DNA from: Chloropicon primus | Lineage: Eukaryota | Direction of reading: 5' to 3' | Length of the DNA: 64,000 nt | Assembly: GCA_023205875.1 (NCBI GenBank) | Contig: CP060757.1 | Location: 1-64,000, forward strand | Part shown: piece after piece, positions 52,388 through 64,000 of the stretch | Layout of the letters: the number at the start of each line of letters is the position of its first letter | Numbering within the stretch: the stretch's first letter is position 1 | Position numbers and translations under genes: made by a program | Notes under the pieces: generated by a model | Databases searched by the model: none | The model's input: the letters and a program-made list of their open reading frames with translations, nothing else | Told to the model about the DNA's origin: nothing

Positions 52388-54175
52388 TTACGAGTCCATC
52401 GCTTCCAGCAGGAGCTCCGTCTCGTCGATGAAGTAGTCCGCATTTCCGTACTGCTCTTCCATCTCCTCCTCCATGGCGAGCCTGGCGTACTCCTCCATGG
52501 CGAACTTGTCCCAGTCGCTCACACCCGCGTGCCTCTTGTCCCTGGGGTCCTTCATCTCAAACGAGAAGAACTTCTTCAAGTTGAACAAGACGTTGAACAG
52601 GTTTGACGCCTGCCTGGGCTGTCTCTTGAAGTCCTTGAGAGTGAAAGCCCCAGGCATCTCGGGGTGCAGCATATCCGTGAGTTGGGTCAGGATGTCCTCG
52701 AAAGAGATGGGCTCCTGGTTCAGGCACTGAATCCTGTGGGCCTGCTCCTGGTAAAAGTGCTCCAGCTCGTGAGACACCAGAACCATGTTCCCGGCGAGGT
52801 CAAGACACCTGAACCAGTAACTGATGCTCGCCTCCGTCGTCTTGTCCTCCTCGCTCAGGATGAACCACACGAAATCTTCGTAGCACATGTACCCGGGAAC
52901 CTTGCACTTGAACTTCCTGGGCGCTTCCGAAAATATTCTGTCCACAATCTTGCAAGTCAGCGCGTGAGACCCGTACCGAAGGAGGTCGTCCTTGCCGATC
53001 AAAAAGTCGTGGTCCGCGTCAAGCTCCCAGAACTTGCAGTAGATGACGTAGAAGTGCTCGTAGCTGAAGTACTGCCTGACCAAGTTGATGTCCGCCTCGG
53101 CGTCCAAGTAAACCAGTGTCCCAAGCAGCTCGCTCTTCCTGAACTCCTTGTAAGTGATCATGCCGTTGTCCGCCAGGTTCACCAAGTAAAAAATTCTGTG
53201 CACACAAGTCTCGAGGTACCGGTCCTGGAACTCCTTGGTCTGGACCAAGAAGTCCAAACCAGGATGCGTCTTCACGACGCACTCGACGAGCTCGTTCAGT
53301 CCCCTCTGCGTCACCACTTTCTTCCTCCCGAGACCGCCGAGACCGTGGCTCCCTTCGCTTTGCTCATCCGCCAAAATCTCAAAGGCGGTGCCTTGCTGGT
53401 CGCCGCTGCAGCAGGCAAGGCGGTCATTCCAGTACGACACAAAGGCGTCCTCTGTGACCTCCTGCGTGTCACCCGATCCTCCCACGCTGGCGCACACCTT
53501 GCTGAAGAGTGGCAACGTGAAAAAGGAAGGGAGACCAAGGACGTCCTTGACCAGGGCAATGAGGTTGGCATGGTCCCCCACCCTCCGTCCCTCGTGATCA
53601 TCGAAGAACCTTGATATCTTCTCCCTCGTTTCCCTTCTCACCTCCTCGGAAACAGGCTTCTCGCCATTCGGAAAGTAAAACCTGGGGATCTGAGAAAGGC
53701 TCCGTCTTTCCTTGCGACCCTCCTGCCCACCCGTTCGCGACTGCTTTCCCAACACACGTACACCGCCACCGTCACCGCCGTTGTCACCGCCACCGTCATC
53801 GTCATCGTCGTCGTCAGTAAAGCAGCAAGAGGAAAGGACGAGTGTCATGCATGACTGTCTTCTTACCTTGGACGGCGAGAGTGGCGGGCTACCCAGAGCT
53901 TGCTTGAAGTGCTTTTGCTTGGACGGCGAAGCCTTTCCTGACTCTTTGGCCTGCGGGGATCTTTCGTTCAGCGAGAGACCCGACTGAGCGTCCTCCACGA
54001 GGGACGAGATAAGCTCTTGAGTCTTCTCGAAGGAGAGCCAAGCCACGAAAAGCTCGTCGATCTTTGCCTTGCTGCAGGGCTTCAGTTTCACCACCTTGGT
54101 CTTCATTGTCCTCGCCAAACCCGTCAGCGTTTGCATTGTCGTCCCCTTGTTGCCGTGTCCCTCCGTGGCCGGCAT
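52388..54175 (-). CDS. Protein phosphatase 2A regulatory subunit B'' (EF-hand, PPP2R3 family); at least 2 exons
   Basis: IDELFVAWLS, IPRFYFP, HPGLDFL, FSYEHFYVIYCKFWELDADHD, FILSEEDK and YWFRCLDL. Probable intron 53866-53741. The start is uncertain. Confidence 0.92.
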   Translation of the reverse strand: MPATEGHGNKGTTMQTLTGLARTMKTKVVKLKPCSKAKIDELFVAWLSFEKTQELISSLVEDAQSGLSLNERSPQAKESGKASPSKQKHFKQALGSPPLSPSKVRRQSCMTLVLSSCCFTDDDDDDDGGGDNGGDGGGVRVLGKQSRTGGQEGRKERRSLSQIPRFYFPNGEKPVSEEVRRETREKISRFFDDHEGRRVGDHANLIALVKDVLGLPSFFTLPLFSKVCASVGGSGDTQEVTEDAFVSYWNDRLACCSGDQQGTAFEILADEQSEGSHGLGGLGRKKVVTQRGLNELVECVVKTHPGLDFLVQTKEFQDRYLETCVHRIFYLVNLADNGMITYKEFRKSELLGTLVYLDAEADINLVRQYFSYEHFYVIYCKFWELDADHDFLIGKDDLLRYGSHALTCKIVDRIFSEAPRKFKCKVPGYMCYEDFVWFILSEEDKTTEASISYWFRCLDLAGNMVLVSHELEHFYQEQAHRIQCLNQEPISFEDILTQLTDMLHPEMPGAFTLKDFKRQPRQASNLFNVLFNLKKFFSFEMKDPRDKRHAGVSDWDKFAMEEYARLAMEEEMEEQYGNADYFIDETELLLEAMDS

Positions 54176-54910
54176 GATGCTTCCCCTTCCCCTTCCCTCG
54201 TGTTGTGCCGTCATACCATGCTTCGACCCTTGAGACCAAGCCTTCCTTCCACCATGATAACGTTGTTGGTCTTGGTATGTATCAATACTATTCTCTTTCC
54301 CCTGACTCAAGCCTTGTCCTTGTCCTTGTCCTTGTCCCTTTCCTGCCTCCTGTTTGGACGACAAAGCCGGCCAGGGGGCGGGATGGACCAACCTCAAGTG
54401 CGTTGGAGAAGACAGCGTGACACTGACACGTGTCGTGGCGCTCCGCACTCCACTCGGGCACAAGGTCGACGTACCTCTAGAGGTGCCAGGTTTCCGCTGT
54501 TCTGATGGCGCGAAATCTGCAACCAAGCGTTCTATTCAAATTCTCGTTCTTGGTCGTACAGCTGGGGCGAGATGGGGCAGATCGGGGCAGATCGGGGCGA
54601 GGACATGAGGAGGAGGCATGGCATCAGGGGCGAGAGGAGGAGGCAATGGCATCAGGAGCGGGGGAAGGATCAAGGGCAGGGGAAGGAAGGCAACTTGGAA
54701 GCTTTCGGCATGCTTTGGAACAGGAAAAAAATAAAGGAAGAGAAATAATAATGCATGGGACGCGGACGAGGAGGAGGGGGGAGGACCTGAAGGGAGGGAG
54801 GGAAGGGGTGGGGGGCGTTCGATGGGGTGGCACGATTATTTTTCTAATTCCAAAGTGAGTCCTAACAATTTTTTTCAAATCAAATCAAAATGAATTGGAA
54901 ATATTTGCTT

Positions 54911-56569
54911 TTATTCTTTCATGAGTTTGGACAGCTGCTCCTGCGCAAACTGCAAATACGCCCTCGCTATCCTTTTCTGACCCATTCTATAAATGATACA
55001 CATGCGCTGATAGGACGTCAGGCTTCCCTCGGAACCTTCCTCCGAAGCTTGAGAGTCTCGTTCCAGCAACGCGCGATCAGCCTCCAGGGTCCCTGTTCCC
55101 TCACTCTGGCTCTCGAGCGTGTAAACGACAGACTGAAACATTTTGGTTGCCAGGGCCAGCGCGCCAAAGGAGTGGTCTCCCGTCCTCTTTCCCGTGGACT
55201 CGCCCGTCTCGCAGCTTGGATCGGCTACGAGCACCTCCAAAGTCTGCATGAAGGCCTCCGGGAGGGCCTTTGCGGCGCCGGTGCGCCGATCGATGTCCCT
55301 TGCGCAGAGAAAGGCTTTCAGCGGCAGCCCCTTGTCTCGCGCTATGGACACCCTGGCGTTCCACTCGTCCAAGCTTTTGCTCATTTCCTTGGTCTCTTCG
55401 CCTGCAAACATCTTTTCAGCGAATTGCGACAGGTGCAGCATGATAGAGTCGTTCGGGTTGTCCTCTTCCGCAAACCCGTACTGAAACATGAGTTGCTCGT
55501 TGCTCCTGTCGCCGTATTTGATGAACACCTCGTTCCCCTCCGTCAGCGCCCTCGTCGCATACAGCTGGATGGCCCTGGACTTTGGATCCAACTGCCACCT
55601 CGCGTTGGCGGCGCCACCAGAGTGGTTCGCGAAGTCTAAACCGGGGACGATGCTGTCCAGCTCCATGAATTCCATCCCTCCCCTCCCGTCCTCGGACGGT
55701 ATCGGGACGGGCAGGGCCAAGGTCCTGGACCAGAATGTCGTGAAGTACTTCACGTAATCGTCGTAACTCACGCTTCCGCGCTCGGTGCTAGGGTCGGCCT
55801 CCAGGATACTGTTCATCACGGGGAGAATCCGGTTGGAGAACTCCCTCGGAAGCTCGGCCTGCAACGACTGCACCGCTTTGAAGAGGTTGGTCCCTCTTAT
55901 GTATCGGAGGTCCGCCTCCGAGAGCAGCGAGGAGCTCCCTGGGCGCTTGGGGAGGACATTGATGTACGGCTCCCACTCCGAACCCTCCCCTCTCCTCTCC
56001 TGCAGTATGAGATACAATATCACCGCTTCCCTGGCATCGATCTGACCGGACGCCAGCGCTTGCTCGAAAGCCAGAGCCACCCCTTTGTCCCCATCCTTGA
56101 GAGGAGTAGCCGGCGTGATCGCCACCGCATCGAATGGAAACGTCGCCACGAGGTGCTCCCTTCCAGCAAACCCGAGCGTTATCCCCATGGCGGCCCACCT
56201 CTGCAACCTCCCCAAGGTCGGGACCCTTCTCCCTGCAAACACTCCAAACTCCCTGGCCTCCGTCCCGTAATCCCGACGAGCACCACCCTTCACCTTCCCC
56301 TTCCCGTCCCCCTCGCCGCACTCCTTGAACGCGATCCCTTCCGTGTCCCCCCCTCTGTCCTTGATCCATGTCTGAAAGGCCTGGACTCTATCCTTGGTCC
56401 TCTTCCCCTCGCTTTGCCTCCCTTCCGCCTCCGCCACGGCCTTCGCCCCTTGCCCGATTGCCCAGGTCCCTTGCGTTATCCCAAGCGCGAGCGCCGCTCC
56501 CATTGCCACCGCCTTCATTCCCTTCATCCCTCCCTCCCTCGCCATTCTCTTCGCCACCAAAGGCGCCAT
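54911..56569 (-). CDS. SET-domain lysine methyltransferase, Rubisco-LSMT/SETD3 family
   Basis: SEWEPYINVLP, FWSR, IVPGLDFANH, GNEVFIKYGDRSNEQLMFQYGF and C-terminal IYRMGQKRI. The start is uncertain. Confidence 0.9.
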   Translation of the reverse strand: MAPLVAKRMAREGGMKGMKAVAMGAALALGITQGTWAIGQGAKAVAEAEGRQSEGKRTKDRVQAFQTWIKDRGGDTEGIAFKECGEGDGKGKVKGGARRDYGTEAREFGVFAGRRVPTLGRLQRWAAMGITLGFAGREHLVATFPFDAVAITPATPLKDGDKGVALAFEQALASGQIDAREAVILYLILQERRGEGSEWEPYINVLPKRPGSSSLLSEADLRYIRGTNLFKAVQSLQAELPREFSNRILPVMNSILEADPSTERGSVSYDDYVKYFTTFWSRTLALPVPIPSEDGRGGMEFMELDSIVPGLDFANHSGGAANARWQLDPKSRAIQLYATRALTEGNEVFIKYGDRSNEQLMFQYGFAEEDNPNDSIMLHLSQFAEKMFAGEETKEMSKSLDEWNARVSIARDKGLPLKAFLCARDIDRRTGAAKALPEAFMQTLEVLVADPSCETGESTGKRTGDHSFGALALATKMFQSVVYTLESQSEGTGTLEADRALLERDSQASEEGSEGSLTSYQRMCIIYRMGQKRIARAYLQFAQEQLSKLMKE

Positions 56570-56632
56570 TCCCTCGGCCCAGCACTCCACACGGGGAGCC
56601 CTCGACCACGACCACGACCACGACGGCGACGG

Positions 56633-56666
<34 letters not shown>

Positions 56667-56673
56667 GAGGGCA

Positions 56674-57022
56674 GGTTTGTTTTGGTCCTGGTGTTGTGTT
56701 GATTGTTTTGCACCAGGAGCATCAGAAGGAACAACATCACCAGCACCAACACCAACACCAGCACCAGCACCAGCACCAGCTGCAATCAATCATCTTGGGA
56801 GGGACGAGCACGAGGTGGACGGTGAGGAGGGAAGGTTTGTTTTAGTCCTAGTGGAGGGGAGAAAGAGATAGGGTTTGGGTGAGGTGTTTGTTTCTTGCAC
56901 CAGGAGCATCTTCATCATCATCATCATCATCAGCAGCATCATCATCAGCAGCAGCAGCATCCCATCTGCATCCCCATCAGCATCATCATCTTGGGGAGGG
57001 GAAGAGAGGGACGAGCACGAGG
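56674..57022. repeat. Dispersed repeat element, two tandem diverged copies (A 56674-56815, B 56834-57022)
   Basis: Both copies share the skeleton GGTTTGTTTTRGTCCT...TTGCACCAGGAGCATC...ATCATCTTGGG...GGACGAGCACGAGG. They are homologous to 62433-62610. Confidence 0.85.
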
Positions 57023-57315
57023 GCTGCTTCGTTTCCGTGCTTGTGTGTGTGGTCTGTCGGCTGTGAGGGAGAGGGAGAGGGGGCAGGGGATTGATTGCAC
57101 CATCAACATCAACATCGTCACCCAGCATCAGCAGCATCAACAGCAGCACATTATCAAGCTCGTCACTCATCATCCATCGTCATCATCTGGGAGGAAGAGC
57201 CGGTGAGTGAGTGAGTGGGGCAGGCAGGCAGGGAGGAAGGAACAAGACGGCGGGGACCCAGTGATCTCCGGGACTTGGGCGTCGCGGGGTGAAGCGTTGC
57301 TGGCTTTGCAGGAGG

Positions 57316-58830
57316 ATGAGCACCAGTGTGTACGGAGAAGGGGATGACAGAACCCACCTTTTGGAGGGACGGGGAACTGCACGATTGAGCCTGGCGTCGG
57401 AGCCGTCGGTGGCGTCCTCAACGCTGTCCGTGGAAAATGGGAAGGAGGGGAGCGAGCAGGACCACCTCCTGCTGCGGCAAAGCCCCAGTTGGGGTGTCAC
57501 CCTCAACGCTATTGTGTACATGAGCGCGCCTATGTCTATGCCAGCTACCATGGCCTCGAGCGGGTTCATCGCGGGGACTGTCATGCTCCTCTACAGCTTC
57601 GCGTCCACGTACTACTCAGGGGAGCTCTTGGGCAGGATGTGCAAGCGGTTTCCCGAGGCGAGCTCGTACCCCAAGCTGCTGGGACTCGCGGTGAAGAAGG
57701 GGGCGAGGAGGATGAGCTCCAGGGACGCAAAGAGGTACAGCGAGCTGGCGGTCATGGCCTGCTTTGTCCTGCAGTTCCTCGCCTACTACTTTGACACCAT
57801 AGCCCAGCTGCTCTATGTCGCGCAGTATTTCGACCAGCTCATGCCGCACAGGCTTCAAGTCTGCGTCTGGGTGTGGCTCCTCATAACGTTCGTCTTGGTT
57901 CTGCCTCTTCTGCTCGTGCCGGGCTTCTCCGAGTCGAGGTGGATCGCCATACCGAGCTTCGCGGGCATCGTGATCATGCTGTCGATCTTCGTGCTGGAGA
58001 TCGTCGTGACGGAGCCGTGGAACTGCAACCCTGGCCCGCACTACAGCAAGCCAAGCAGTTACAGCGTCTTCCTTTCCCTCTCGGCGTTTGCTTACACGTT
58101 CGGTGGCCACGGCATGTTCCCGGAGATGATCAGGGAGATGAAGGAGCCCGAGGAGTTCTCCAGGGTTCTCAAGTGGACCTACGGCTTTGTTGGCGCCAGC
58201 TACGTCATCTGCAGCTACCTGGGGTACTGGGCCTACGGAAGCTCTGTCAGCGCGAACATCAACTTGTCTTGGCCGGAGAACCCGATGAATATCATCTCCA
58301 TCTCGATCCAGCTGGTCGTTTGTTACTACTGCGTTTACCTCACGAACGCCGTTCTGATGCTGAACATAGAGTCTGGGCTGGGCTGGGACGACTCCAGCAA
58401 GGGCGCAAATGCCTTGGGTACCTCGGGCTACTCTGTCAAGTTCAAGAGGTTTGTCTTCAGGGTCCTCTTCCTGGCCTTGCAGACCGTCGTGGGCCTCATC
58501 CTCATCAGCGGGTCCGGGGACGTGATCCTCGGCCTTCAGTCCCTCTCCGGAGCGATAGGCATGACGGCGCTGACGTACTTTTTGCCTTTTGTCATGTACT
58601 GGTGGTGCTTCCCCGAGGACATGACGCCCGCGAAGAAGTTCTGGTTTTGCCTGAACACCTGCCTGGGTTTCGTCGTCATGGTGGGAGGAGTGATGTCCTC
58701 CGTGGCCGATCTCGTCGAGAATGCGGGAGGAGTGTTTGGAGGCTACTGCCACTTGGAATACCGGTACTCGCCGAGCAACCCCGAGGACCCCTGCTTCATC
58801 AGCGGTTACAACAGGACGCACCTCCTTTGA
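57316..58830 (+). CDS. Amino acid/auxin permease (AAAP) family transporter
   Basis: About 11 TM segments. Motifs MSMPATMASSG, SYPKL, FAYTFGGHGMFPEMIREMKEP and GYWAYG. A possible 5'UTR intron lies at 57203-57311. Confidence 0.9.
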   Translation: MSTSVYGEGDDRTHLLEGRGTARLSLASEPSVASSTLSVENGKEGSEQDHLLLRQSPSWGVTLNAIVYMSAPMSMPATMASSGFIAGTVMLLYSFASTYYSGELLGRMCKRFPEASSYPKLLGLAVKKGARRMSSRDAKRYSELAVMACFVLQFLAYYFDTIAQLLYVAQYFDQLMPHRLQVCVWVWLLITFVLVLPLLLVPGFSESRWIAIPSFAGIVIMLSIFVLEIVVTEPWNCNPGPHYSKPSSYSVFLSLSAFAYTFGGHGMFPEMIREMKEPEEFSRVLKWTYGFVGASYVICSYLGYWAYGSSVSANINLSWPENPMNIISISIQLVVCYYCVYLTNAVLMLNIESGLGWDDSSKGANALGTSGYSVKFKRFVFRVLFLALQTVVGLILISGSGDVILGLQSLSGAIGMTALTYFLPFVMYWWCFPEDMTPAKKFWFCLNTCLGFVVMVGGVMSSVADLVENAGGVFGGYCHLEYRYSPSNPEDPCFISGYNRTHLL

Positions 58831-59679
58831 CAGCAAAACCGCGTTAATTGTTCTTTATTAGTATTATCAAAGATCGATCTGTTATCGATGTATTTTATGT
58901 TATTATTCTCTCTGCATTCTGTGGAATCTTTGTCGTATTGTCCTGGCCATCCGTCGATCGATGGCAAGGCGTCCCTCCCTAGTCTGGTGAGGAGGACGAG
59001 AGCGAGAGCGAGATCTCCTCCATTTCGGTGTAAACCTTTTAGCTCTCCTCCTCCTCGGTCTCCCTGGAGAATTTTGAAAGAGAGAGAGAGAGAGAAAACC
59101 AAACCCAACCCAACCCAACCCAACCAAACCCTCTAACTCTTCTGTCTTCGTTTTCTCTCATGACTCGTCACAAATTCATCAGTCAATGAATGGGGTGAGC
59201 AAGATGGAAAACATTACTTTGTCGTGGTTGGGACTCGTGGCCCCCTGGTCCCTCGGTCCTCCCCTCCAGTGCTAACCCGGTCTTCCCCTCTCCCGCGGAA
59301 CACTTGATTTGCCACGGAGGAAGAATTGCGGAAGAATTAGAAAGTCCAAGAAAAGGGAGAACTCAAAGGACGAAAGGGAGGAGAGAGAAGGGGAGAGAGA
59401 GGCAGAGCTGTGGTGTGCGATACGGGCCCGAGGGGGAGGGCAAGCCTGGAGGGAGGCGCACTAGAGGCATCCATTCCATTCATTCTGGAAAACACTCTTC
59501 CCACTTTACTTTATCAGGGAGGCAGCCAGGACACTGGCGCTCTCGGACAGAGGAAGGAGGAGGCTCACTTCACCCGGACGACACTTGACTCCCACGAGGA
59601 GTGGGGCGGTCAGCCAACCAACCTTGGGCTTCCTGGTCTGAAGGGACAAGTCAGCCAGGTCAGCAAGAGAGAGAGAACC

Positions 59680-60378
59680 ATGAGGGGGCCAAGGACAAGC
59701 TTCTTGGGACTTGTTGGCCTCTTGGGTCGCCCAGCGGTCCTTACCTTCGCCTTGACGTTTTTGGGCTTGTGCGGCATGGTGTGGTCGGAAGCTTCCACGT
59801 TCTCGTCCACCCTGGCGCACGACTGCACGGCGTTCCAGCCCGCGCAGTGCACGTTTCAGCCCTTGGTGAAGGAGGACGGGGACTACGACTTTAGCGCGTA
59901 CAACGAGGTCTGTGACAACAACACACACGTATGCTCGTCCGTGGACGTCAGGGCGACGAGCTTTCTGTATACCAACCCAGCGACGGGGCAGACGCAACAA
60001 ATAGAGCCCTCTTTCTGCAACTTTGCGGACCTCGGGGCAGGAAAGTATCGGCTCCAGACGAACACTGGGCTGCCGCTGGGAAAGGTGGAAGACAGGTACG
60101 CCAAGTGCGTCGTGGACAACTTGCACTTGAAGCTTGTGGTGAGCAACTGCAGGGACTTGAAGTTGTGGACCTGTGACGACTGTCTTGCGTCGTACAAGAG
60201 GTGGGCCTGCTCGACGATTTTCAAGAAGTGCACGGGCGACAACCCCTCGGACACGCAGCTCGAGTGCCGAGACACTTGCTTCGACACGGTGAGAAAGTGT
60301 CCCGCAAACGTCGAGTTCACTTGTCCTGCGAGCGACCCAAGGGACTACTCGGATGCCACAACTTGCTACACTCTGTGA
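59680..60378 (+). CDS. Secreted Cys-rich protein with Mid1/NALF(FAM155)-like C-terminal domain
   Basis: Signal peptide, then TCDDCLASYKRWACSTIFKKC and ECRDTCFDTVRKCPANVEFTCP. This matches the recalled Mid1 pattern CxxCxxxYxxWxCxxxxxxC ... CxxxCxxxxxxCPxxxxFxCP. Confidence 0.72.
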   Translation: MRGPRTSFLGLVGLLGRPAVLTFALTFLGLCGMVWSEASTFSSTLAHDCTAFQPAQCTFQPLVKEDGDYDFSAYNEVCDNNTHVCSSVDVRATSFLYTNPATGQTQQIEPSFCNFADLGAGKYRLQTNTGLPLGKVEDRYAKCVVDNLHLKLVVSNCRDLKLWTCDDCLASYKRWACSTIFKKCTGDNPSDTQLECRDTCFDTVRKCPANVEFTCPASDPRDYSDATTCYTL

Positions 60379-60526
60379 GAGGAAGGGGGTGGGAGGGGAC
60401 GGAGCGAAGCTATCGCGCGTGGTGGACGGAATGAATGAGAGGCGGGACTTCTTCACCCTTCCGTCCACCCAGCTCCGGTGCGCGCGGGCTGCTGCTTCGT
60501 GTCGTCGGTCAATTCTTTCACGGTCA

Positions 60527-62267
<1,741 letters not shown>

Positions 62268-62432
62268 TCAAAGTCGATCGAGTGCGCCGCTCTCAGCTTC
62301 CCGCCAAACACTTCCCTTCCTCCAGGGCGTGGTATAGGTGTACACAATAGTACACCCATAATACGATACACTCACTGAGTTTAACGGAGGAGCACGAGGT
62401 CACGACACGAGGAGGAGGACGAGCGAGCGAGC

Positions 62433-62610
62433 GGTTTGTTTTAGTCCTGGTGGTGTGTTGATTGTTTTGCACCAGGAGCATCAGAAGGAACAACATCACC
62501 AGCACCAGCACTAACACCAGCACCAGCACCAGCACCAGCATCAACACCACACCACCTCCAATCAATCAATCAATCAATTAATCATCGTGGGAGGGGAAGA
62601 GGGGGACGAG
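62433..62610. repeat. Dispersed repeat element, copy C (homologous to 56674-57022)
   Basis: About 75 bp are nearly identical to copy A (GGTTTGTTTTAGTCCTGGTG...CACCAGGAGCATCAGAAGGAACAACATCACCAGCACCA), followed by (CACCAG)n, (CAAT)n and ATCATCGTGGGAGGGGAAGAG. Confidence 0.88.
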
Positions 62611-62726
62611 GAGGAGGAGGAGGAGTGTTGGGATCCGAGTCACGAAACCAAACAACCTCGTCTTGATGGGGTGGAGCAAGCAGGTACGGAGTGAGCAAGA
62701 GATAACAGACTGACTGACTTGGTGGG

Positions 62727-63953
62727 ATGGGGGGAGGAGCGCTGAGGGCGAAGGGGGACGTGGACCCACCACAACCACAACCACGACCGCCGCCTGCAGG
62801 TCCTGCAGAGGAGGAGGGGGAGGGGGGGCTCAGGAGAGTGGACTCCAAGTTCATCAAAGCGGAGGAGGATCTGGCGAGGAAGGGGGGATTGTGGGCGCGA
62901 GTGTTCGGGACGACGACGACGACTCGCCACGTGTCTGGACGGGGAATTCTCCTCCTGCTGCTCTCGAAAATAGCGGGATGCGGGCACATCGTGACCACGA
63001 GGTGGCTTCTCAAGAAGGAGTTCTTCGAACCTGCTGGACTTGCGGTGCTCAGAAACATCGTGACAGTGCTCTTTCTGGGCGCCATGCTCCTGCTGAAGCC
63101 AGACCTGAGGCAGAACCTGGGGAACATCTGCAGGGAGGTGCTGGCGTTCTGGAGGCAGGTCCTGGTCGGGGCGGTGGGAACCTTCATACTTCAGACGTTT
63201 GTGATGCAGTCCCTCGATGTGATCCCCGCGACGAACCTGGCGGTTCTCGCGCAGCTGTCTCCCCCTTTCCTGTTCGTCATATCAGGATTCATCCTGAAGA
63301 CGGAGAGGCCCAGCTGGATCAAGTTTGTCGGTATGCTCGTGGCGGTCGCGGGAGCCGTCGTGATCATCGACCCCACGCACTTCAAGGCGAACGACATGAG
63401 ATCGACTTTGGGCAACTTGCTTGGCGTCGGCACGGCGCTGGCGTACGCCATCATCGTGACCGTGCAGAAGCACCTGGTCTTCAACGTGCCCGCCGCAGCT
63501 TTGCAGTTCACCTTCACGGTCTACGCCTTCCCGTTCTTCGTGGTCCTCGCGGCGCTGCTCAAGTCGCTGTCCGGAATGGTGCTGACGCCGTCCTCGATCG
63601 TCGGAGCCGCCTTTGTGGGAGTCTGCGCGAGCTTGGACTACTACTTCGCCTTCGCCTCGCTCACGTACGTGTCCACGCTTCTGGTGGGTCTGGCCAACTC
63701 CTTGCTTCCCTTGTTCGTCGGGATCGCGACGTACTTCGTCTTCGGGGAGCTGCTCTCGTGGAACGACCTCGTGGGGGCCGTTCTCATCCTGATGGGGATG
63801 ATCACAGTCATCGCCACCAAGGAGCCTGATGGCGGCACACAGACCCAGACCCAGGGGGCTCGGGGGAAGAATCCAAAGGATTACGATCTCCTGGTTGAGT
63901 TGGAGGACTACAACACGGGCGACGTCGAGGAACGCGACGGTCCACCGGCTTGA
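62727..63953 (+). CDS. Drug/metabolite transporter (EamA/WAT1-like)
   Basis: About 10 hydrophobic segments in two EamA-like halves. Motifs LAQLSPPF...ILKTERP...KFVG and LLPLFVG...FGELLSW..LVGAVLILMG. Confidence 0.88.
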   Translation: MGGGALRAKGDVDPPQPQPRPPPAGPAEEEGEGGLRRVDSKFIKAEEDLARKGGLWARVFGTTTTTRHVSGRGILLLLLSKIAGCGHIVTTRWLLKKEFFEPAGLAVLRNIVTVLFLGAMLLLKPDLRQNLGNICREVLAFWRQVLVGAVGTFILQTFVMQSLDVIPATNLAVLAQLSPPFLFVISGFILKTERPSWIKFVGMLVAVAGAVVIIDPTHFKANDMRSTLGNLLGVGTALAYAIIVTVQKHLVFNVPAAALQFTFTVYAFPFFVVLAALLKSLSGMVLTPSSIVGAAFVGVCASLDYYFAFASLTYVSTLLVGLANSLLPLFVGIATYFVFGELLSWNDLVGAVLILMGMITVIATKEPDGGTQTQTQGARGKNPKDYDLLVELEDYNTGDVEERDGPPA

Positions 63954-64000
63954 CATTGTGTAACGCTTGTACTGTAACTATTAACCACCATTGTACCGTC

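Overview
This is the left end of a chromosome from a compact, GC-rich eukaryotic genome. The organism is most likely a picoplanktonic green alga. The (TTTTAGG)n telomere, TGTAA poly(A) signals, few short GT-AG introns and plastid transit peptides point to Chloropicon or a relative, but that is an inference. The window starts with about 590 bp of telomere and a 198-bp subtelomeric satellite, followed by about 33 densely packed, functionally unrelated protein-coding genes and one ankyrin-like gene relic. I found no rRNA, tRNA, CRISPR array or autonomous transposon. The most unusual observations are: (1) an alpha-amylase fused in one ORF behind a peptidoglycan-binding-like domain, a hydrophobic helix and coiled coils; (2) a secreted protein with a Mid1/NALF-like cysteine-rich domain, a Ca2+-channel auxiliary subunit family described mainly from fungi and animals; (3) a soluble class III nucleotide cyclase with a C-terminal receiver domain and a non-canonical specificity residue; (4) a plastid PII that lacks the glutamine-sensing Q-loop; (5) an intronless bacterial-type 5-oxoprolinase; (6) a dispersed hairpin-containing element repeated upstream of two transporter genes; (7) a telo-box cluster upstream of SRP40/Nopp140. 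All family calls come from motif recognition by eye. No database searches were run.
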